Positions 26,392-37,831 of a stretch of DNA of 64,000 nt are shown here, one piece after another. Source of the stretch: an uncultured Thermoleophilia bacterium (GTDB lineage Bacteria > Actinomycetota > Thermoleophilia > UBA2241). A model generated the notes under the pieces. It worked only from the letters and a program-made list of their open reading frames with translations. It was not told the origin of the DNA and ran no database searches. The translations under genes were made by a program, and so were the position numbers. How positions within the stretch are numbered: the first letter of the stretch is position 1; the number at the start of each line of letters is the position of its first letter. The DNA lies in the NCBI GenBank assembly GCA_963741075.1, contig CAVUGS010000012.1, forward strand, positions 26,351 through 90,350. Direction: 5' to 3'.

Positions 26392-26552
26392 GCCTCGATT
26401 CTACCCATCCCCTGCTTCATCGGCAGCCGGGCGTCCGGAGTGGAGTCCGGCAGCCTGCCGCGCGTTCGAAGTGCCGCCGTGGCAGTGCGATAGAATCCCC
26501 GACTTGATGGGGCGGCCGCCGGCCGCCTCGCGTGAACGTACAGGAGCTCTCC

Positions 26553-27820
26553 GTGAAGATCGCAGTCATCGGCCTGGGCTACGTCGGCCTGCCGCTGGCG
26601 ATGGTGTTCGCCGAGTCCGGCGTCGAGGTCGTCGGCATCGAGGCCGTGGCCGCGCGGTGCGACGAGATCAACGCCGGCCGCAGCTACATCCAGGACGTCC
26701 CGAGCGAGGCGCTCAAGGCGATGGTCGACAAGGGCCTCATCCACGCCACCACCGACTACGCCGCCACCGAGGACTGCGACGCGGACATCATCTGCCTGCC
26801 GACGCCGCTCAACGCCAACCGCGAGCCGGACCTCACGCTGGTCAAGGACGCGACGGCCAAGCTGGCCGGGCACCTGCGGCGCGGCCAGCTCGTCACCCTC
26901 GAGAGCACCACCTACCCGGGCACCACGCGCGACGAGCTGGCGCCCATCCTCGAGGCCGGCTCGGGCATGACCGCCGGCGTCGACTTCCACCTCGCCTTCT
27001 CGCCCGAGCGCGTCGACCCCGGGCGCACCGACTACACCACCAAGAGCACGCCCAAGGTCGTCGGCGGGCTCACGCCGGCCTGCACGGCGCGGGCGCTGGA
27101 GGTCTACGGGCCCGCGCTCGACCACGTCGTGCCGGTCAGCACGCCCGAGGTCGCGGAGATGACCAAGCTGCTCGAGAACATCTTCCGCAGCGTCAACATC
27201 GCGCTCATGAACGAGCTCGCGATGCTCTGCGACCGCATGAAGATCGACGTGTGGGAGGTCATCGACGCCGCCGCCACCAAGCCCTTCGGCTTCATGAAGT
27301 TCCAGCCCGGGCCCGGGCCTCGGCGGCCACTGCATCCCCATCGACCCGTTCTACCTGAGCTGGAAGGCGCGCGAGTTCGACTTCTGGACGGAGTTCATCG
27401 AGCTGGCCGGCAAGGTCAACGAGAACATGCCGTACTTCTGCGTCGAGAAGCTCCACCGGGCGCTCAACACCCGCGGCAAGAGCCTCAACGGCGCCAAGCG
27501 TGCTGGTGCTGGGCGTCGCCTACAAGGCCGACATCGACGACCTGCGCGAGAGCCCGGCGCTCAAGGTCATCCGCCTGCTGCGCGAGCACGGCGCCGACGT
27601 GGACTACCACGATCCGTACTGCGCCGCGCTCCCCGAGTTCGGCCTCGAGTCGATCGACCTCGAGGAGTACCGGCGCGTCGCCGGCTACGACGCCGTCGTC
27701 ATCGTCACCGCGCACTCGGCGCTCGACTACCGCACGATCGTCCACGAGGCCGACCTGGTGGTCGACTTCCGCAACGCCACGGCCGGCATCCCGAGCGCCG
27801 GCAACGTCTGGAAACTGTAA
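26553..27820 (+). CDS. UDP-N-acetylglucosamine/hexose 6-dehydrogenase (WbpA-like; frameshifts)
   Basis: [51 protein letters not shown]. Confidence 0.92.
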
Positions 27821-27837
27821 GAGGGGAGACCCAACTC

Positions 27838-28866
27838 GTGAGCTGACAAGGTCCGCGTCGGCGTGGTCGGGCTCGGCTATTGGGGCCCGAACCTCGCGCG
27901 CAACTTCGACCGCCTGCCCGGCGCCGAGCTCGCGTACTGCTGCGACCTCGACGAGGCCAACCTGGCCAAGGCGCGCGAGCCTGTACCCGTCCACCACGGT
28001 CACCGACGACTACGCGCAGCTGCTCGCCGACGACGAGCTGGACGCCATCGTCGTCGCCACCTCGGTGCCCACCCACTACGCGCTCGGCAAGAAGGCGCTC
28101 GAGGCCGGCAAGCACACCTTCATCGAGAAGCCCATCGCGCTCAAGGCCGCCGACGCCCAGGACCTCCTGGACACGGCCGAGGAGTACGGCGTCAAGCTCA
28201 TGGTCGGCCACCTGCTCGAGTACCACCCCGCCGTCGCCAAGATGAAGGAGCTCATCGACTCCGGCGAGCTCGGCAAGGTCTTCTACGCCTACGCCAACCG
28301 CCTCAACCTCGGCAAGGTGCGCACCGACGAGAACGCCCTCTGGAGCTTCGGTCCCCACGACATCTCGGTGCTCAACTACCTCACCGGCGACGAGCCGGTG
28401 GAGGTCAGCGCCCGCGGCGAGTGCTACCTGCAGGACGACGTCGAGGACGTGGTGTTCGGCTACATCAAGTACAAGAGCGGCGTCGTCGGCCACCTGCACG
28501 TGAGCTGGCTCGACCCGCACAAGAGCCGCAAGATCACCGTGGTCGGCGAGAAGAAGATGGTCGTCTTCGACGACATGGAGTCGGAGCGCAAGATCACCGT
28601 CTACGACAAGGGCGCCACCACGACGCGCACCAAGTTCGAGACCTACGGCGAGTTCGTCACCCTGCACTTCGGCGACATCCACATCCCCAAGATCGGCAAC
28701 GACGAGCCGCTGCGCCTCGAGATGCCAGCACTTCGTCGACTGCATCGTGAACGACGAGCAGCCGCGCAGCGACGGCCGCGACGCGCTCAACGTGGTCAAG
28801 GTGCTCGACGCCATGGAGATCAGCCTGCGCGAGGGCGGCCGCCCCGTGAAGACCGCGGAGCTGTGA
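27838..28866 (+). CDS. Gfo/Idh/MocA oxidoreductase (WbpB/WlbA-like; frameshifts)
   Basis: [35 protein letters not shown]. Confidence 0.88.
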
Positions 28867-29584
28867 CGGTGGCCCTGCACGCCAGCGGCCTGGGCCACAA
28901 CCTGCTCCTCGGCGACGGCGTCGTCGTCGGCGCGGACGTGGTGTTCGGCGCCAACGTCGTCGTGTACGAGGACACCGTGATCGGCGACGGCTGCTTCATC
29001 CAGGACGGCGCCGTGCTCGGCAAGGTGCCGAGCCTCTCGCCGACCAGCACCGCCAAGCGCGGCGAGCTGCGCGCCGCTGGTGCTCGGCCCCGGCTGCGTG
29101 GTCAGCACCGGGGCCGTGGCCTACCGCGGCACCACGCTCGGCCCCGGCTGCATCCTCGGCGACTACGCCGGCGTGCGCGAGCGCTGCACCCTCGGTCGAG
29201 AAGGTCGTCGTCGGGCGCAGCAGCGTGGTCGAGAACGACACGGTGATCGGCGACTTCACCAAGATCCAGACCAACGTGTACATCACCGCGTACATGACCA
29301 TCGAGGACCGCTGCTTCATCGCCCCGTGCGTGCAGACCACCAACGACAACTTCATGGGCCGCACCGAGAAGCGCCACAAGCTGATCAAGGGCGCGACCAT
29401 CCGCCGCGGCGCCCGCGTCGGCGGCGGCGTGGTGCTCTGCCCGGCGATCGAGATCGGCGAAGAGGCGTTCATCGCCGCCGGCGCCGTGGTGACCAAGGAC
29501 GCGCCGGCCCGCAAGGTGCTCATGGGCGTGCCGGCGCGCGTCGTGCGCGACGTCTACGAGGACGAGCTGCTCGAGAACCAGTGA
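28863..29584 (+). CDS. Hexapeptide-repeat N-acetyltransferase (WbpD/WlbB-like; frameshifts)
   Basis: Left-handed beta-helix repeats, TTNDNFM, GAVVTKD, GVPARVV. Confidence 0.88.
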
Positions 29585-29630
29585 GACCGTGTCCCGGTCG
29601 CCTTGCGGCGCCGGGATTGATCGGCCCGAG

Positions 29631-29663
29631 GGGGCGAGGTGTCGTCGACGCCTCGCCCCTTTT
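29631..29663 (+). terminator. Intrinsic terminator of the nucleotide-sugar operon
   Basis: GGGGCGAGG...CCTCGCCCC stem followed by TTTT. Confidence 0.75.
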
Positions 29664-29825
29664 CATTGCCGACGCCGGTTGTAGAATCGCGTCATCGAGA
29701 ACTTTTGCTCGTCGTGTGGATGGAAGGGGGCGCCACTGCGATGACCTGTGTGCCGGCCGGCCGGTGATCTTCCCGCCGCGCCGGCTTCGTTCGTTCTGTG
29801 ACTTCACTCATCAGGGGGGTGCACA

Positions 29826-31500
29826 GTGACGGAACCACCGCCTCAGGAACACCACGAGCACCACATGTTCCACGACGAGATGGACGCGCAGCACAAGCGC
29901 GACACGGAGCAGCTCGCCAAGTTCGGCTACAACCAGGACCTGCGGCGCTCCCTCGGCTTCTTCTCCACCTTCGCCATCGCCTTCAGCTTCATCTCGGCGA
30001 CCAACGGCTTCTACGCCCTCTTCTACTACGGCCTCGACATCGGCGGCCCCGCCGGCCTCATCTGGCAGTGGCCGATCATCGTCTTCGGCCAGTTCATGGT
30101 CGCGCTGGTGTTCGCCGAGGCGGCCTCGCACTACCCGCTGGCCGGCGGCATCTACCAGTGGGCCAAGCGCTTCATGGGCGGCGACTACGGCTGGTGGGTC
30201 GCCTGGGTCTTCGCCACCGCGCTCGTGGTCACGGTCGCGGCCGTCGCCTTCGGCGTGGCGCCGATCGTCTGCGCCCTCATGGGCTGGGATGCGAGCAACA
30301 CGACGACGCTGCTCATCATCGCGGTCTGCTATCGCCGTGGGGCCGATGATCTTGAACGTGCTCAGCGTCAAGGTCACGGCCTTCTTCAACAACATCGGGA
30401 CCGTCACCGAGATCATCGGGCTCGTGGTGATCTCCATCGCGCTGTACGCCGCGGTCATCTTCGGCAAGGGCGATCACCAGAGCCTGGGCGTGCTGTTCGA
30501 CACGACGCCGGGCGCCGGCTCGGGCGCTCTCTTCGGCTACGGCAGCATCTTCCTCGCCTCGATGCTCACCGGCGCCTGGGTGCTGTACGGCTTCGACACC
30601 GCCGGGGGACTCGCGGAAGAGACGATCAACCCGACGCGTGAGGTGCCGCGCGCAATGATCTTCGCGGTCGCCATCACCGCGATCATCAGCGCGTTCTGGC
30701 TGGTGTCGATGGTCCTCGCCATCCCGAACGTCGCCGAGACGCAGGCGCAGGGGACGGGGGCGATCGCGTACATCTTCGACGCGCACTTCCCGACCTGGGT
30801 CACGGACACCTTCCTGGTCACCGTGTGCATCGCCATCTTCGTCTGCTGCCTGGCGATCCAGGCGGCGACGTCGCGGCTGCTGTTCGCCTTCGGCCGCGAC
30901 AAGATGATCCCCGCCTCCAGGTTCTTCGGCTACGTGCATCCGGGCACCAAGACCCCGCTGGCGTCGGCGATCTTCGTGGCCGTGGCGGCGATCGTCGTGC
31001 TGCTGTACGTGAACCTTGGCGGCAGCGACCCGTTCATCGCGATCGCCCGCGTCACCGCCTGGGCCACGGCCGGTACCTACATCGCCTACCTGATGGTCGT
31101 CTTCGGCGGGCTTATCGCACGAGGCAGGGGCTGGCCGAAGGACAGGGCCTACTTCAACCTGGGCGCGTGGGGCTGGCCGGTCAACATCCTGGCAGTCGTG
31201 TACGGCGTCTTCATGATCATCAACCTGGTATGGCCGCGGACGCCCGACGCCGCGTGGTACGACAACTACCTCGTCATCGTCTCCCTGGTCGTCGTGGTCA
31301 TCGCCGGCGCCATCATCTATGCGATCCAGAAGGCCCGCGGCGTCGACCTCAGCGCGACGATCCACGAGATCGACGAGTCGCCGGCCGAGGCCGAGGCGGA
31401 GCTAGCTATGGCCGCCGGCGAGGCCGGCAAGGTCATGCCGGGCGGCGTAAGCGAGATGGCTGCAACCGACGACGAGGGAAAGGGGGGCGTCCAGCTCTGA
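29826..31500 (+). CDS. APC family amino acid/amine permease (frameshift near 30330)
   Basis: LRRSLGFFSTFAIAFSFIS, SHYPLAGGIYQW, GFDTAGGLAEET, SRLLFAFGRD. Confidence 0.92.
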
Positions 31501-31552
31501 TGTCCTGACCTGCGACAAGCCGTCCGTCGGGACGGTGGGACGGAGGTGCGGG

Positions 31553-31617
31553 GGCGGCGGCCGTCAAGGCCGCCGCCGTCGCGTACGGGGCGGGCGGCCG
31601 GGAGTGCCGCCCGCCCC
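31553..31617 (+). terminator. Tandem GC hairpins after the permease
   Basis: 10-bp stem at 31553-31577 and 12-bp stem at 31587-31617. Confidence 0.55.
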
Positions 31618-31722
31618 GCCGGCATCTGGTGCGGGCGGGGTGTGCGCCGAGGATGACGCCTGCAGGTCGCTTCAGGATGGGAATAGTCCGGGTTACACGT
31701 GGCAGACGAGCGCGAGGCGACC

Positions 31723-32514
31723 ATGAGCACCGAGGACGAACAGCCGACTGGCCCCGTCGCCGGCAAAGGCGTCCCGGAGGAGTCCGGCGGCGAGTCGACG
31801 CGGGCCGAGGAAGGCCCGACGCCGGCCGGTCGGGCCACCCGAAGATGAAGGCCCGGCGTATGGAGAGGTGCGGTACACGCGCCGCCGGATGCTGATCCTG
31901 GGCGGCGCGCTCGTCGCGGGCGTCGCCGCCGTCATCGCCGGCCTCAAGGCCTTCGGTGGCTCGGCCGCCGAGAAGGTCGGCGGCGCCATCAGCGATCAGT
32001 TCGGCCCGTTCCCCGTGCGCAGCGTCGAAACGTTCCCGATATCCCGCCCGAGCAAGTGGGTCGTCAAGGTCGACGGCCTCGTGGACTCGCCCGTGACCGT
32101 CGACCGCGCGGCTTGGACCAGCCTCCAGCGCGTGAAGGAGACGGTCGACTTCCACTGCGTCGAGGGCTGGGGCGTGGACGACGTGCGCTGGGGAGGCGTG
32201 GCGCCGTCCGTGCTGCTGGACCAGGCCGGCGTGAGGCCGGAGGCGAAGTACGCGGTCTTCCACGCCTACGGCGGCGTGTACCGCAGCAGCCTGCCGCTCG
32301 ACCTGATCCGGGACGAGCAGACGATGCTCGCCGACTCCCTGAACGGCGCGCCGCTGCCGCCCAAGCACGGCGGCCCCTTCGCCTGGTCGTGCCGAAGCAG
32401 CTCGGCTACAAGAACGTCAAGTGGGTGGAGCGCATCGAGCTCAGCGACGAGATCGTGACCGGGTACTGGGAGGCCAAGGGCTACCCCGAGGACGCGCCGG
32501 TCCCGGGTGGGTGA
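31723..32514 (+). CDS. MsrP/sulfite-oxidase-family molybdopterin oxidoreductase with Tat-like signal (frameshifts)
   Basis: TRRRMLILGG, DFHCVEGW, LPPKHGGP, PKQLGYKNVKW, GYWE. Confidence 0.82.
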
Positions 32515-32545
32515 TGCCGTCCTAGGTCGCGGCGGGAGGGCGCGC

Positions 32546-33298
32546 TCAGGGCTCCGCGAACGGAGTGCCTAGCGGAGTGGCCACCGGTGTGGCCGCGGGA
32601 GTCGACGTCGGCGTCCCGTCAGGCGTGGGAGTGCCGATGGCGTCCGGTACGACCGACGGGCTCGGGCTAGGCGTGCTCGATGGCTCGAACGGAGTCCCTG
32701 TGCCCGGCGACGCGGAAGGGTGCGGTTTCGGCTTCTCACTCCCCGTCCTCACCGCCAGCATCAGCGGGATGCGCAGCTCCTCGCTGCCCTGCGTCGCCAC
32801 GACGAGCCAGCCCGTGTACTCACTGGGCGTGACGTCCCGGGGTATTGCCAGCTGGACACGGACGGCGCTGGCTTCCCCCGGCGTGAGCAGGGATGTGTGG
32901 TTTGCCAGTTCGACCTGGTCGATCATCCCGCTCACGGAGCCGGTCACGACGAAAGTCACCTCCTGCGCCGTCGTCGCATGTAACTGAATGCGGAATACGT
33001 CGGGAGATGAGTCGTGGGTGCCCGGCGTCACGTCTCCGAAGTCCAGACACAGCACGCCATCCATGTCGAAGTACGCGATCGGCATGACCTTGGCCGCCTG
33101 CCCCGGGAAGTCCCAGTGCCGTGCCGTGGAGGTGCCCGCCACAAGGCTGCACGGACCCCCCCATGATCCCAGGGTGCCGGTGAGCGAGCCGGGCTTCGTG
33201 TCGCTGAAGTAGGCGTCCGTCTTGCTTCCCGCGTGTGCGGTGAGGGCCGCGGATAGGACCAGGCAGAGGGCCAGCACGATGAGCTTGAGCCTGATCAT
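32546..33298 (-). CDS. SipW-cognate signal peptide protein (TasA/camelysin-like) with Pro/Thr tail
   Basis: MIRLKLIVLALCLVLSAALTAHAGSKTDAYFSDTKPGSLTGT, FGDVTPG, P/T/S-rich C-terminus. ATGA-coupled to sipW. Confidence 0.75.
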   Translation of the reverse strand: MIRLKLIVLALCLVLSAALTAHAGSKTDAYFSDTKPGSLTGTLGSWGGPCSLVAGTSTARHWDFPGQAAKVMPIAYFDMDGVLCLDFGDVTPGTHDSSPDVFRIQLHATTAQEVTFVVTGSVSGMIDQVELANHTSLLTPGEASAVRVQLAIPRDVTPSEYTGWLVVATQGSEELRIPLMLAVRTGSEKPKPHPSASPGTGTPFEPSSTPSPSPSVVPDAIGTPTPDGTPTSTPAATPVATPLGTPFAEP

Positions 33299-34059
33299 GT
33301 CGTCTTCTGCCACGGTGAGCGGGGCAGCAGTTCCACAGGGAATCCCCAGCGGGCGTCTCTTGCCGGCACGGGTGTCTTCTTGCGCGGATAGCGCGACAAG
33401 TGAGCGCGGAGTTCCTCGGCCGAGCGGAAGCCGGCATGGCAGCCGGAACAGCGGAACAGGAGCCCTTCTTCGATCTGAGGCGAGCGTTGGGCCGGCGGCG
33501 GCGCTGGGTGCGGAGCGGGGACCAGCTGTGGTGCGCGGGTCTCGCTCCTTCGTCGATGCTCCGCACCACGCGCGTTGCCTATCCTGGCACCGGCGACATC
33601 GACAGGGAGGCTGTAGACGAGCCACGCGCAGATGACGGCGAGAAACAGCGAAGCGAGACCGGCGGGGTTCTTGAAGTAGACGATCCAGTAGCCGAGCATC
33701 CCGGGGGGCAGCGACGACGCCGCCGATGACCTGCGCGCGGGCAGATGGTCGAGGGATCCGCGGTGCGGTTGGCGTCCCCCTTGGTGCGCGAGCGTTGCCG
33801 TCGGCTTCTCGCTCGAGGAGACGATGCGTCACGATGCCGTTGCCGCGTGCGGTACGAGATGACCTGGCCTATCCGATAGTCGCCTTCACGCACGATGACC
33901 GCGCTCTTCGGACGGGATCGTCGGGCTCATGGAGCCGGTGTGGACGACGTACACGCTTGTACGGCAACACCCCGCACGCGAGCAGGATCAGCGGCACGAC
34001 GAACACCAGGACGGCGAACCCCAAGAGATACCTTTGCGGCGCTCTTGCTTCACGGTCAT
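33295..34059 (-). CDS. sipW: ER-type signal peptidase I (SipW-like) with C-terminal extension (frameshifts)
   Basis: TM + VVHTGSMSPTIP, GQVISY, IVTHRL, TKGDANRTADP, then a second TM. Confidence 0.82.
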
Positions 34060-34095
34060 CTGCCCTGCTTGACGGTAGTCCCTACGAGCTGGCCG

Positions 34096-34125
34096 GGGGC
34101 CTGGCGGCAATAGCCGCCAGGCCCC
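34096..34125. terminator. Perfect 13-bp intra-operon hairpin
   Basis: GGGGCCTGGCGGC-AATA-GCCGCCAGGCCCC between the first tasA-like gene and sipW. No U-tract. Confidence 0.6.
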
Positions 34126-34177
34126 GGAGGCAAGAGCTCAACTATCTCCGGTTACGAATCCTGCTCGTTACGTTCTT

Positions 34178-34810
34178 TCAGGGCGTTTGACCGACTTGGG
34201 TAGCGACGATCTGGAACGGCAGGCCGTTGAGCGTACGCCGAGCTGCGCATACCCGGGGTCGGGGTGAAGTAGCGTCGAGTGCCTTCAGCGGATAGGGGTT
34301 CCACACGCCGCCACCACCGATGGTCAGCTTGCCCGCATACATAAAGGTGAACGACATGGTTCCGTTGCCGCCGGCAGGGAGGTTGCCGACCAGCTTGATC
34401 GGTCCTCGGAATGGGCTGTGGCTTCCGTTGTTCGGCATGATCGTTCAGATTGTCTGAGAAGAAGACGACACCGCTATTGCTGTCCTGGATTGTGGCTTGG
34501 CCGTACGTGCCGAGATCGTTGATCGCGTGCAGGGCGTCTGGCTGCGGAAAGACGATCCAGATGTCCTGGTTGCTGGTGCCGGCGTTCGCGTAGTTGAGCG
34601 CTCACGGTCTGTGGCTCACCCGGCATGAGATTCGAAGAAGTGGAGCGTCGAGGTCGCGAAGTGTCGACTCTTGACTGAGCCGATGGTGCCGGTGACGGTG
34701 CCGTCCTTCGTGTCGCTGAAGTAGGCGCCTGTGGCGCCGCTGGCGACGGCCACGAGGCCGGCGATGAGGACGAGCGCGAGCGCGAGCCCGATGAGCTTGA
34801 ACTTGAACAT
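34178..34810 (-). CDS. SipW-cognate signal peptide protein (TasA/camelysin-like; frameshifts)
   Basis: MFKFKLIGLALALVLIAGLVAVASGATGAYFSDTKDGTVTGTIG, LMPGEPQTV, beta-rich body ending QIVATQVGQTP. Confidence 0.75.
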
Positions 34811-35365
34811 GAAATGTACCCCCTTCAGAGGGCCGGGTGGCCCTTTCCCATGGATCCCGCCGCCGTGGTGGTGCCTGCGCTGTACCCCTACCAGCAGGCG
34901 CCGGCGACGTCAGACTCAGTGTGCGGGACGACCACCCCCCTCGTTCACTCACCGTCGATCGTTGGGCACGCAGCGGCACGACCCGGGGGCCGACGCAGGT
35001 TCGAGGTGCGGCCTGTCTGGCCGCAGGAAGTGCCCTCCTCTCGCGCTGATGCAGATAGTCTGCCCGACGGCATGCAGCGCTAGGACAACCATAGTTGGAG
35101 CGCCAGACGGATGCAATGACATCCGTGTGCCCGGAGTTGGCTACGACTGCGTAGCAGCCGGCGGTCGATGCGCACGAGCTGAGCCGGCCACTCGGATCTT
35201 CGGCGCCGCCGGTCGTTCCGCGCCAAGCCTATCATCGGGTTTGGGGTCGGACGGCCGGTGGGCACCTTTCCCGCGGGCGGCAGAGAGGCCGCCCGGCGCG
35301 TTACACTGGAGCCCGCGCCGCACCGTCTGCGCTCCCCGACTATGCGATCCTCCAGGAGGCCGAGG

Positions 35366-35530
35366 ATGACCAAGTACATCTGCACCGTCTGCGACTACGT
35401 GTATGACCCCGAGGTGGGCGATCCCGACAGCGGCGTCGCGCCGGGCACGGCGTTCGAGGACCTGCCGGACGACTGGGTCTGCCCCGAGTGCGGCGTGGAC
35501 AAGGAAGAGTTCGAGGCCGTCGAGGACTGA
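35366..35530 (+). CDS. Rubredoxin
   Basis: [14 protein letters not shown]...[11 protein letters not shown], 54 aa, SD AGGAGG. Confidence 0.95.
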   Translation: MTKYICTVCDYVYDPEVGDPDSGVAPGTAFEDLPDDWVCPECGVDKEEFEAVED

Positions 35531-35542
35531 CGGCCTGCGGCC

Positions 35543-36767
35543 CTACCGGCCTGCGTTCGCCGGTACGGGCTTCAGCCCCTCGGCGAACGCGATCAGCTCC
35601 TGGCGGGTGAGCGCGCCGGTGACGAAGACCGCCCGGCGCGCTCCGCGCGACGAACAGCGACGGCCCACTCTCCTGATACCAGGTGATGGCCGTCGCGCCC
35701 TTGAGCGCTCCGTACTGCAGCGTCGTCTGCTGACGCGAGAGCTTTCCGGTGCCGGCCTCGCTCTGCCAGTCGCGGACGGCGGCCAGCGAGCGCAGCGTGG
35801 CAGGTCCGACCTGTTCGACGGTGAACTGCGAGAGGCCGCGCGTGTACAGCTGCAGGACCGCGGTCCCGCGCAGGCCGACCGGCAGATTCCACACCTTGTC
35901 GCTGATCCAGCTCACGGGGCGAAGCTCGGCGGGCACGGTCGCGACGGCCCTGAGCTCGTAGCCGTCCGGCGCCAGGCCTGAGACGAGAGGGGCGTACCCG
36001 GCGGTGCGGCCCGCCGCCGCCGGGGACTCCTCGTAGGCCGCCGTGTCCCCGATCGTCTCCGCCTCAGTACCCGCCGGCACGTCGACCCTGTAGGTCGTGC
36101 CGGCCGGCGGCGGCGCGTCCCAGTCGACCGTCGCCGTGAACGTGTCCTCGCCGTCGCTGTACCAGGTGACGATGCCGGTCTGCTGGTCCACGACGACGTC
36201 GATCAGCTTGCCGCCCATCGTCATCGCCGCGCGCCAGGTGGCGCGGTCGCCGTCCTTGATCGGCTTGATGCCGACGGCCTCGTCGCCGTCCTCCACCGCC
36301 GTGAGCACGACCGCGGCCAGGCCCTGGTAGTCCAGCGGGCTGTGCGTCGCGACGCGCCAGACGGGCGGCCACGCGCCGACGGTGCGGGTCAGCGCGGCGA
36401 AACGTCCGCCGTTGCCGCCGAGGGTCGTCTCGGTGCGCGTGGCCGCATCGTAGGCCGACTGCGGCGGATGGTAGCTGAAGACCGTCTCGCCCTCGGGGAG
36501 CGCAGCTCTGCCGCCGGCGTTCCCACCGGCGACCGCGCTGAAGGCTCCGTCCTGTCCGACCTCGCCCGAGGACGGCCGCCAGGTGTACGTCCCCGCGATC
36601 CCGGTGACCACGGGTGCGGTCGCCGCCGGGCCCGAGCGCAGGAAGAACATCCACGCGAGGGCGAAGACGATGGCGAGCGCGACGAGGGTCACGGCGAAGC
36701 TCGGCGGGCGTCGGTTCACCCACGCCGCGCCGACCCTCCGGCTCATCCTCTGGGGCGGGGTCGCCAT
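35543..36767 (-). CDS. Membrane-anchored LolA/RseB-fold-like protein (frameshift near 35645)
   Basis: One TM, then a beta-rich ectodomain. C-terminal half is similar to the 47404-48900 product (PDGY/PRGY, YTRG/YRRG, GALTRQEL/GDLTRDEL). Confidence 0.6.
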
Positions 36768-36824
36768 CAGTCCGTCACGCCCGTGGCCCTGCGGGCGGCG
36801 TGCCGCTCAAAGCTCTTGCGTGCA

Positions 36825-36962
36825 TTAGTCCTTGGGCCGTCCGCCCCACACGAAGAACAGGGGCAGCAGCAGAAGGGTGAAGCCGAGCTTGCGCGAGACG
36901 AAGAAGGTCAGCGCAGAGATCAGCAGGGCGGCGAGGATGGTGGTCCACCAGCGTGACGACAT
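36825..36962 (-). CDS. Small hydrophobic membrane protein (45 aa)
   Basis: MSSRWWTTILAALLISALTFFVSRKLGFTLLLLPLFFVWGGRPKD*. Confidence 0.55.
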   Translation of the reverse strand: MSSRWWTTILAALLISALTFFVSRKLGFTLLLLPLFFVWGGRPKD

Positions 36963-37119
36963 GGACCTAGCCTGCCCGCCTCGCCGTCCGGGCGCAAGCG
37001 CCGCGTGATGGCCGCAGGAGGCGCCGCACCACGAGCGGCGCCATCCGCGCCGTCTTGCCCTCGCCCGCGCACGCACGGACAATGGAGCCCGGCCTCACGG
37101 TCCAGTCCTGGAGGGAACC

Positions 37120-37831
37120 ATGCCGTCACGTCGGGCGCTCGCCGCCCTTCTCGTCCTGCTCGTCGCGCTCGTCGCCGGCGCGGCCGTGGGCGCTTCGGCC
37201 GCCCGCGCCGTCACGCGCGACGAGCTCATGAAGACGAGCCTGCTCGCCCTGCAGTGCGCCATCGAGAAGAGCGGCTCCGCGCACATGTACGTCTACCCTC
37301 ACCCGAGCTCCGTCTCGCCGACGGGCGGCCTCGCCAGCGTCTTCTGGCCGCGCGACCCGTGGACCGGCGGGCGTCTCACGCCCGGCGCCTCGCAGGGGCA
37401 CTACGCCTACGTTCGCGCGACGGACTACCGGAGCTACCGGCTCACCGGCTACCTCAGCGGCGGAAGGACCTTCGTCGTCACCGGCGGCATGACGCACACG
37501 CCGATGCTGGCCTACGACCATCGCGGCAAGGAGGGGCTCAACCTCCTCTTCCAGTACGTCAAGATGTGGTCGCGCAGCGCACGACGGGCGTCTGCCCACG
37601 GCGGCGATGGTCACGCGCGAGGGATCCGTGGGCCGGCAGCGGCGCGACCTGCTCTGGCCCAGCAACCCGTGGGACCACGGGGCCATGGAGCAGCGCGCCG
37701 ATCGCGGCTCCTTCGGCTACGTCCGCTCGGCCGACGGCAAGACGTTCACCCTGAACCTTCATCAGGCCCTGAAAGAGGACTACGTCCTCCAGGGCACGGC
37801 AGCACAATCGACCGCGGGAGACAGACCGTGA
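37120..37831 (+). CDS. Secreted protein with two WPxNP pilin-head-like domains (frameshift near 37590)
   Basis: Signal peptide ending AARA. Domains contain YP..WPRDPWTG and WPSNPWDH. Colinear with the 40064-41095 product. Confidence 0.8.

Noticed and set aside
33436-33450. CSGCH in the SipW tail read as a heme c motif
   Set aside because: Predicted cytoplasmic after the second TM, and the surrounding F/L/H spacing fits a Zn finger better.
34811-35365. Possible c-di-GMP or c-di-AMP riboswitch in the long leader of the tasA/sipW operon
   Set aside because: Only generic hairpins. The conserved GGCAAAC/GACGCAAAG or ydaO motifs are not present.
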